64,000 nucleotides of DNA from an uncultured Nitrososphaeraceae archaeon (GTDB lineage: Archaea; Thermoproteota; Nitrososphaeria; Nitrososphaerales; Nitrososphaeraceae): contig CAWIMJ010000016.1 in assembly GCA_963837175.1 (NCBI GenBank), positions 106,474-170,473 on the forward strand, written 5' to 3'. The translations under genes and the position numbers were made by a program. Below the pieces are notes generated by a model. The model worked only from the letters and a program-made list of their open reading frames with translations. It had not been told where the DNA came from and made no database searches. Below are positions 57,723-64,000 of the stretch, one piece after another. Each line of letters begins with the position of its first letter. Positions within the stretch are counted from its first letter, which is position 1.

Positions 57723-58646
57723 TTACGCCCTAGCACTTTTGAATTTATCCCATCGCTGACGTAGCTCTGATACAAATTCGGAACTATCACCCCAGTATAC
57801 ATGCAATTCATACATATCTTTTGTATATTGAACTAAATACCTTTCTGCTTCTTCTTTTCTCTCTGTTGTAAGTTGCGGTGGCAGTTGTACTGCTATACTA
57901 ATTTCTCGGCCCATAACATCAAGTAAACTCATAACACCTTGAAATATAACGCGGAAGGTTATGTCCTCAAAGCTATAACCAATAAACAATAATGAAGATG
58001 TTGCTAATGCAGTGCGTATTGGGGATGGTAATGTTAACTTTTCATCATTTTTATTGAGATTAATTACAAAATCAATATAATCTCTCTCAGTTAAAACCAT
58101 GGATCGAGGTATATCTATATCTCCATGAAGATGGTATACTAACGGTTTAGTTTCTGAAGGTTGATATCTTTTCTTTTTATCAAAAGCATATGGCATTTCG
58201 GCCTGTCTGGCATAATTGCTTAGCTTTTCGCTCCATCTACAAAACTCACTTACAGGTTCTTTTCCTTTACTTTTCAAAGCTGCCTCCATAAAGTGATCAT
58301 AATTTGTAGTAATATAGATGGGCAGATTAAGATCAGCTAGAACAGCATATGGAGTATTTCTATGTTCTTCTAAAGAGAAATCAGGTGGTTCTTTTTCTTT
58401 AAGTAGCCTGCTAAGAATATATTTAGGATGCATATCATCTCCATTTTTTATTGCCAAAAATTGAGCTACTTTTGCTAATGGATGCGAATTCTCCAAAGGA
58501 TATCCATATTCTTTTATCCATTTTTCAGCTATATTATCACTAAGCCATGGAGAATAAGCCTCAGGACCTATGAACGGAGTACATTTGTGATTATAGATTA
58601 AATACAGCAATATATCCCATTGGTCATCCATTAACATGGTTGCCAA
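57723..58646 (-). CDS. SIR2-like domain protein (SIR2_2 type), copy B, intact ORF
   Basis: PFIGPEA (degenerate GAG loop), ITTNYD, YHLHGD, LLFIGYSFED; stop 40 nt upstream of the STAND ATG. Confidence 0.88.
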   Translation of the reverse strand: MATMLMDDQWDILLYLIYNHKCTPFIGPEAYSPWLSDNIAEKWIKEYGYPLENSHPLAKVAQFLAIKNGDDMHPKYILSRLLKEKEPPDFSLEEHRNTPYAVLADLNLPIYITTNYDHFMEAALKSKGKEPVSEFCRWSEKLSNYARQAEMPYAFDKKKRYQPSETKPLVYHLHGDIDIPRSMVLTERDYIDFVINLNKNDEKLTLPSPIRTALATSSLLFIGYSFEDITFRVIFQGVMSLLDVMGREISIAVQLPPQLTTERKEEAERYLVQYTKDMYELHVYWGDSSEFVSELRQRWDKFKSARA

Positions 58647-59027
58647 ATAATAGGAAATATTGACCTAAGATTCTATATAAATATACTTGTAATAATTTGC
58701 TCTAAAACTGAGGAACTACCATCTATTATGGCAATCTGCAACAGATTGAAATAACCATTAACATTTTAATTTGCATGTTTTTTTGGTGAATTAAAATTAA
58801 CTGGAGACTTATCATATCCCATTAAGCGGTTAAATCTTAAACTTGAGTTAGTTTTAGCATACAAGAATTTCCAACATCTTACTATAGTCAAATCTGCTGT
58901 TATGTTGGAACAGCCTAAGATGAAACAACAGAAATCGGTTGATCTGATTATTATCTTGTCTAATAATTATGTACATCTAGCCGATATTTTATTATCAGGG
59001 ATGGGAAAAATGAGAGATGCTAATTAT

Positions 59028-59102
59028 GGGCTGGTAGTTCAGGCTGGTAGTAATGCATGCTTCGCAAGTATGTGGTCGCGGGTTCAAATCCCGCCCAGTC
59101 CA
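59028..59102 (+). tRNA. tRNA-Ala(CGC)
   Basis: Acceptor GGGCTGG/CCAGTCC with G3-U70, anticodon arm CATGC-TTCGCAA-GTATG, GCGGG-TTCAAAT-CCCGC; D arm slightly irregular. Confidence 0.88.
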
Positions 59103-59155
59103 CTAATTTAGTGCGATGGAAATACTCGAAGATTTTTGTATTCAATTTTTAATTA

Positions 59156-59294
59156 TTGGTTCCAACTAATTGCCATTTTTAATAAAACAAATTAAAAATT
59201 TGGAACCAAAAATGAAACCAAAAGTTTCAGAAACACCTGTTTTATGGTTCCATTTGAAAATCAATGGTTCCATGAGTTGTTTTTATGGTTTCAA
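59156..59294. repeat. six 10-bp WTGGTTYCAW-like motifs in direct and inverted orientation
   Basis: ttggttccaa 59156, ttggaaccaa 59200, atgaaaccaa 59212, atggttccat 59244 and 59264, atggtttcaa 59285. Confidence 0.7.
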
Positions 59295-59399
59295 AGCTGG
59301 AGCAATTTTATGTAATTCTTATTTACTAAATCATTACTGAAAAGTTTATATTCAATAGTATTCAATAGTGACTATGGAATTAATAAGCTAATGTAGAAG

Positions 59400-60472
59400 T
59401 TGCCAAAAAATATAATTGGAAATGTGTAAACGTCAAAATTAAACCAGAAGATCTACCAATACTTAATCAAAGACTCAAATTATATGGTTTTGAAACATTA
59501 GGTCAATTGGTCAGCGATTTTCTAACTACCAAATTTCCACCAATTACAGAGGATAGACAAATTCAAGCAATGGATAGTAATATACAAAGCAATGGAGTCA
59601 AAACATTAGTAAATGGACATTCGAACCAACCTTTTACAAAAATGTAAATTTGGATGATATGCTCAATTATCTTTTAACTATTCGAAAGCTTCAAAAACAT
59701 GTAAAGGACATAGTGAGTTACTTTCGACGTTTCCGAGATATATTCTTTGGACCTCAGCCTGAGGAGATTCTCCAATTAACCCACCTAAAAGAGCATGGAT
59801 TATACAGGGTATACGTCATTTTGGCAACTACTATTATTATAAAACTAATAATCCAGAATGCAAAGAATTATTGAGAAAATCATCAATCGATATGGTCTCA
59901 ATATTGGCTTGGATATGCATCAAAGGATTTACATTGTAGATGATAATTTTGTTAGCAACAAAGTTAAGCATCTTCTGGCAATTCAAGGAGATATAGGTCT
60001 AACTGTCAAAGTTGGTTTATTTACAGGTTTAAGAGAGGAAGAAATAATATATATTCATAATACAGAACTATGTGGCAATCTCGGAGGTTGTGATTGCAAT
60101 AAACTGCATGTAGTCAATAAACCAAATGGGCTAACCGTTGTTGTTATCAATTGGTTTAGGGGTCACAAAAAATGCTATTTCACTATTTTACCAACCGTTA
60201 TGTGGGAGAAATTTAGCAATATTCCAAACTTCAATCATGTAGATATTGATATTGCTCATAAACTTACAAAGAAAAATGCTAATCTTATGTTTGTAGAATT
60301 AAGAAAAATTCACTATAATATCATGAGAAGAATCATGGATATGAATGAGGCCGACATCTTGGCTGGCCGTGCAAAATCAGTTTCTGCTAAACATTATGCT
60401 ATATATGAATTGGATCGAATTAGCGATGCCTATGTTCAGGCTTGGGCAAAGTTTAATGTATCAACTGTTTAA
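59400..60472 (+). CDS. tyrosine recombinase/integrase (several apparent indels)
   Basis: FTGLREEE (R), GHKKCY (K), LRK, ADILAGR, AKHY (Y); directly downstream of a tRNA; N-terminal half in shifted frames. Confidence 0.8.
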
Positions 60473-60658
60473 GAAATTAATGTTTTACTTAATATGATGA
60501 GAAAAGGATTCAGCTTAAGGGCAGATGTAGTGCTCACATTTCGTGTCGCTTGCGAGAGGCATCTTGTTTACCATAGACTTTCCTCCCGATATTAGATAAT
60601 TAAGCTATCATATAATTGAAACTTAACAATTGATATTGAGCTAATATCATATAGTCTG

Positions 60659-60847
60659 ATGATAATGGTTAAGTCGACAAAACAAACATTTCCCCCAGCT
60701 AAAGGGGACCATATAACTACAATCCAAATCTTGAATTCAACTAGACAGAGATTAAAGTCAGCATCTCGTAAGGACCAAACTTATGATGACAAGATAAATG
60801 AATTATTGGACATGGAAAATAATAGAAAAAATATAACAAAAGATTAA
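60659..60847 (+). CDS. small ribbon-helix-helix-like DNA-binding protein
   Basis: TTIQI-x2-STRQRLK-x6-TYDDKINELLD: strand-helix-helix pattern. Confidence 0.65.
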   Translation: MIMVKSTKQTFPPAKGDHITTIQILNSTRQRLKSASRKDQTYDDKINELLDMENNRKNITKD

Positions 60848-60970
60848 TTTGTTGCTATTAGACACTGTCTTCTGGTACAGCGGATTTATTATCATATTCA
60901 CTGCAGAAACCATGTTATTTACAATATTTTAAAATACTGCATCTGGATCAATGATTTGATCAATTTCGCT

Positions 60971-61180
60971 CTATGTTAGTTTTTGATTATTAAGAGGAGA
61001 TTCTAATTTTCTTTCTAATGCTTTTTCTCTTCGGCTAATCTCTTGTTCTCTTATTCTAAGAGCTTCTTCATAACTTTTTACTTTTTTTGTATAGTCTAAA
61101 AACTCTTTGACAAGCACTTCAAAGTCTTCTAATTTAAATCGCATATAGTAACAATGCATCATCAAGTTCATTGCCTTCAT
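60971..61180 (-). CDS. hypothetical coiled-coil peptide
   Basis: 69-aa ORF, charged helical C-terminus; may be a fragment. Confidence 0.35.
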   Translation of the reverse strand: MKAMNLMMHCYYMRFKLEDFEVLVKEFLDYTKKVKSYEEALRIREQEISRREKALERKLESPLNNQKLT

Positions 61181-61650
61181 TTTTTCTTTGGGACAGAGTT
61201 ACCGTCTGGATGTAATTAATATCTATTACATAGTTCAATCTATTTTTTATATGCATAGTTTCTGGGTGGCATATTTGAGTCAATTCTGTCCCACATCCCA
61301 CCGAACCCAGACCTACTGTTTTTAATACTACAGATGCCTAAAAGCAGAATTAGTTGTAGAAGGATTATCTATCTTCAATAAGTATGGTCTTTATCTGCAT
61401 AACAATATTTTAGTTTGGATAGGAATAGTGTATATGCCCATCTGATTGAAACGGCATATTGCAAGAAGATTTGGTCTTAAAATAGATGTTAATAATACTA
61501 ATTTGACATTGTGCTGAGCGTTTTGGGTCCGATTCGAACGTCAAATATGTTCCGAATCCGACCCGGCTAGTCAACACTGGTTCATACAAAATTAGCTAAA
61601 AAATAAAAGCAAAACATTCTGAGTCATTGGTATAATTTTTAGCCTACTAC

Positions 61651-61944
61651 TCAGATGCTTCCAATTATTTTAGCTGTTTCCTCAGTTGTAAAAGCCTTAA
61701 GAGTTATAGTCCTTGAACTACCTTGTTGGCTTTCAAATGATGGTACAGTTGACATAACTGCCGTATCATCAGGAGCCTCTATAATTGATACACCATCATA
61801 TAGTCCCATTGTGTAGTATGTGGCAACTAATTTCCCTCCTGCTTTTTCTATTATATCTTTAAAAGTTTCAGCACGTTTTGGAGAGCCTTTTAGGTTCTTT
61901 ATTCCTTAATCTGTGAATTTCCATAGAATAATATAGTGTGACAT
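61651..61944 (-). pseudogene. GYD domain protein with premature stop at codon 13
   Basis: MSHYIILWKFTD*GIKNLKGSPKRA...YYTMGLYDGVSIIEAPDD...RTITLKAFT. Confidence 0.8.
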
Positions 61945-62214
61945 ACAGTCTGCAAATTATCAATCAACTATATATAATTACTTTGCACATAATTCGCATT
62001 TGAGCTCAGATTGCAAATTATAATATTTTCAGTTATTATTACTCTCTATTCCATTATTAAACAATTGGTGATATCAAAATAATAATAATAATAATAATAT
62101 AACAGACTGTTATCTTATGATAAATCATAAATTATGTTATATTATAGATAACTACGCAAAAATATCGAAAGTTTGTTTTACTGAAGTATATCATTAACTC
62201 CTAGCTTCTTAACC

Positions 62215-62460
62215 TTGATGATGTACAAACATCAAAATTCAACCTTAGAAATAATAATCGCCACTCTATTTATTGGCACTGTCCTAGCACTCGCAGTTGT
62301 AGTAATTATTACACAAGAAGCAAATGCAGCATCAGCCAGTATGAAAGTCAGTTTCAAACAAACTCAATTGAATAGATGTACTGAGAGTGCAAAATGCAGT
62401 CATACAGGTATAATAACATTTGGCTCAGGAGGAGGTCATAGCAGTCCAGGTAATCATTAG
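62215..62460 (+). CDS. small secreted protein
   Basis: Signal peptide ending EANA; NRCTESAKCSHTG Cys pair. Confidence 0.55.
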   Translation: MMMYKHQNSTLEIIIATLFIGTVLALAVVVIITQEANAASASMKVSFKQTQLNRCTESAKCSHTGIITFGSGGGHSSPGNH

Positions 62461-62711
62461 TCTAGGAGGAAGAGGTCACGGTAATCCAGCATCGTAATAC
62501 ATTCTTCATAAGAGAACTGGATGATTGCTATAATTAGTTTAATTTTATTTCTCTATGACAGCAATTATGAATGATAATAATATCTTAGACAATCAATTTA
62601 TTTGAATTCTCAGACATTGAATAATGTCTTATGACAATATTACCTTCTAAATACTTAGACAATAATGATGTTAAACATCAAATCTACTGAGTTAGATTAC
62701 TACAGTTATCA

Positions 62712-63078
62712 TCATCCTTTCATAAATCCAACAGTAAATCCAGCTGACATACTACCAGTTAATGGAATACCAAAGTTTGTCATTGCTAGAGAGACTGTTG
62801 CACAGGATGGCCATCGATATGCTACCGCTAATACCTGGAATCTGCATAATTGCATTTGAAAGTGTTGTAATAGCACCTTCCGATACTGCTTGAAGTTTAT
62901 TCCAGTTTATGTTAGCTATCTGATTACATTGTAAGATATGCTAATCCAGCTAGGAATAATCCAACTATTACAGCTACTAATTTAATTACTTTCTTTAAAG
63001 CATATCCAATTAGAACACCTACAAAGAAGCCACCTCCTAGAGTAGCGCAGTTGGTCCGAAACTTTCAATAATGTTCAT
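62712..63078 (-). pseudogene. FUN14 family membrane protein, frameshifted
   Basis: GGGFFVGVLIGYALKKVIKLVAVIVGLFLAGLAYL, NINWNKL, GFTVGFMKG. Confidence 0.75.
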
Positions 63079-63419
63079 AATTCTAGATGTTGCTCCTTAG
63101 TTTAGTTGTTCATCATTATGCAATGACTACTACTTTGATACCTTTGTAGTGGACAGTCCTGTATATGGTAATATTAATAGATATGAGCATCCGGGCTATA
63201 TAATGAAAACTTGTTATGGCATATTTCATGCATATTGGATATTGTATATCTATTTGCTTACCTAAGGCTTTGACAATTTGTCTGTTGTAGCATGTAATCT
63301 ATTTTTATCTACAAGAGCTATAGCTTTTGTAGTAGACTTTTCTGTTCAATATTAAGTAGATTAGTCAAAATAATAGAAATGGCATGAGAGATATGTACAG
63401 TATACAAGAGTCATAAATT

Positions 63420-63858
63420 AGTAATAGTAAAGGTGATTGCTGAATGATTTCACAACAACAGTAGTAGGAATTGATGCTATGACTTCTTCAAACAGAATCA
63501 CCTTCTAAAGATGCTATAAATTCTATTTAAAGATTCAATAATTAATGATCCCTTTTATGGAGTTTCAATTGAATCTTTAAATACAATTGCATCATATGCT
63601 ACTTCTAAAATAATATCTGATGACCAAATTAGACTATATGCATACGATACACTGCAATCACTTTTCATTGAAAATAACAAAAACTCTATTTCTTCTATAA
63701 ATGATAAAAGAATTATATCTGCTCTATTGATGACATTTCCAGAATTTACAAAATTTCATAAAAAAGAAACACTTGATATAATTAGGCCATTTGTATCAGA
63801 TAAAAATTGGTATATTTCGCGTTTTTCAATTGCTGCCAATCGGAAAAATTACCAGTAG
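63420..63858 (+). pseudogene. HEAT-repeat-like fragment
   Basis: Open stretch INDPFYGVSIESLNTIA...RPFVSDKNWYIS without a clean start; resembles HEAT-like helical repeats. Confidence 0.35.
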
Positions 63859-64000
63859 TTTAAAGGTAATAGGAACAAATGGAAAGGTAGAAAAGGAAAA
63901 TGATAATGAAAAAGATGCTAAAGGACAAATTAGTTCTGAATCAAAAAAAGAGATAATTGAATTTTTAAAAAATATTGTAAATAAAGAGAGAGACCATAAT

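Larger units (their letters stand above)
59103..64000. mobile_element. left part of a probable tRNA-Ala-targeted integrated element
   Basis: tRNA-integrase adjacency, small DNA-binding ORF, decayed cargo; second att site not seen in window. Confidence 0.5.

Noticed and set aside
56933-57811. STAND ORF start at 57811 implying overlap or fusion with SIR2 copy B
   Set aside because: SIR2 B ends with tandem stops at a position equivalent to copy A's end, and MNTERK at 57682 sits just before the conserved PYxGxRPF motif; separate genes are more likely, though polishing should confirm.
58902-59111. 69-aa ORF
   Set aside because: Overlaps tRNA-Ala; its C-terminus is a translation of the tRNA.

Overview
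AT-rich window from an ammonia-oxidising archaeon (Nitrososphaerota, most likely a low-GC soil Nitrososphaeraceae genome). Bases 1-42.9 kb are mostly core genes: murI-like, hydantoinase/oxoprolinase, prs, rnz, alba, ilvE, argH, sdhACDB, hisS, archease, trxA, infB-ndk-rpl24e-rps28e-rpl7ae-glmM, purU, lsm-rpl37e and rpiA, plus two tRNAs with non-canonical introns and a decayed IS6 element. Bases 43-64 kb are accessory: repeat-rich secreted proteins beside a GT-C glycosyltransferase, a second IS6, a SIR2/STAND locus, then tRNA-Ala followed by a tyrosine integrase and cargo. The best candidate for a new system is at 53.0-58.6 kb. There, a membrane-spanning nSTAND1-type NTPase with 14 near-identical YVTN-type blades (two 7-bladed propellers, variable only in loops) is flanked by two convergent SIR2-like paralogues. 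The paralogues share a 186-bp, 2-mismatch inverted block, which could allow an inversion that swaps an intact versus degenerate NAD-binding N-terminus. Single-base indels occur even in core genes (sdhA, sdhB, rpl7ae, alba), so many frameshifts are probably sequencing errors and pseudogene calls are tentative. All family assignments come from motif recognition, not database searches.
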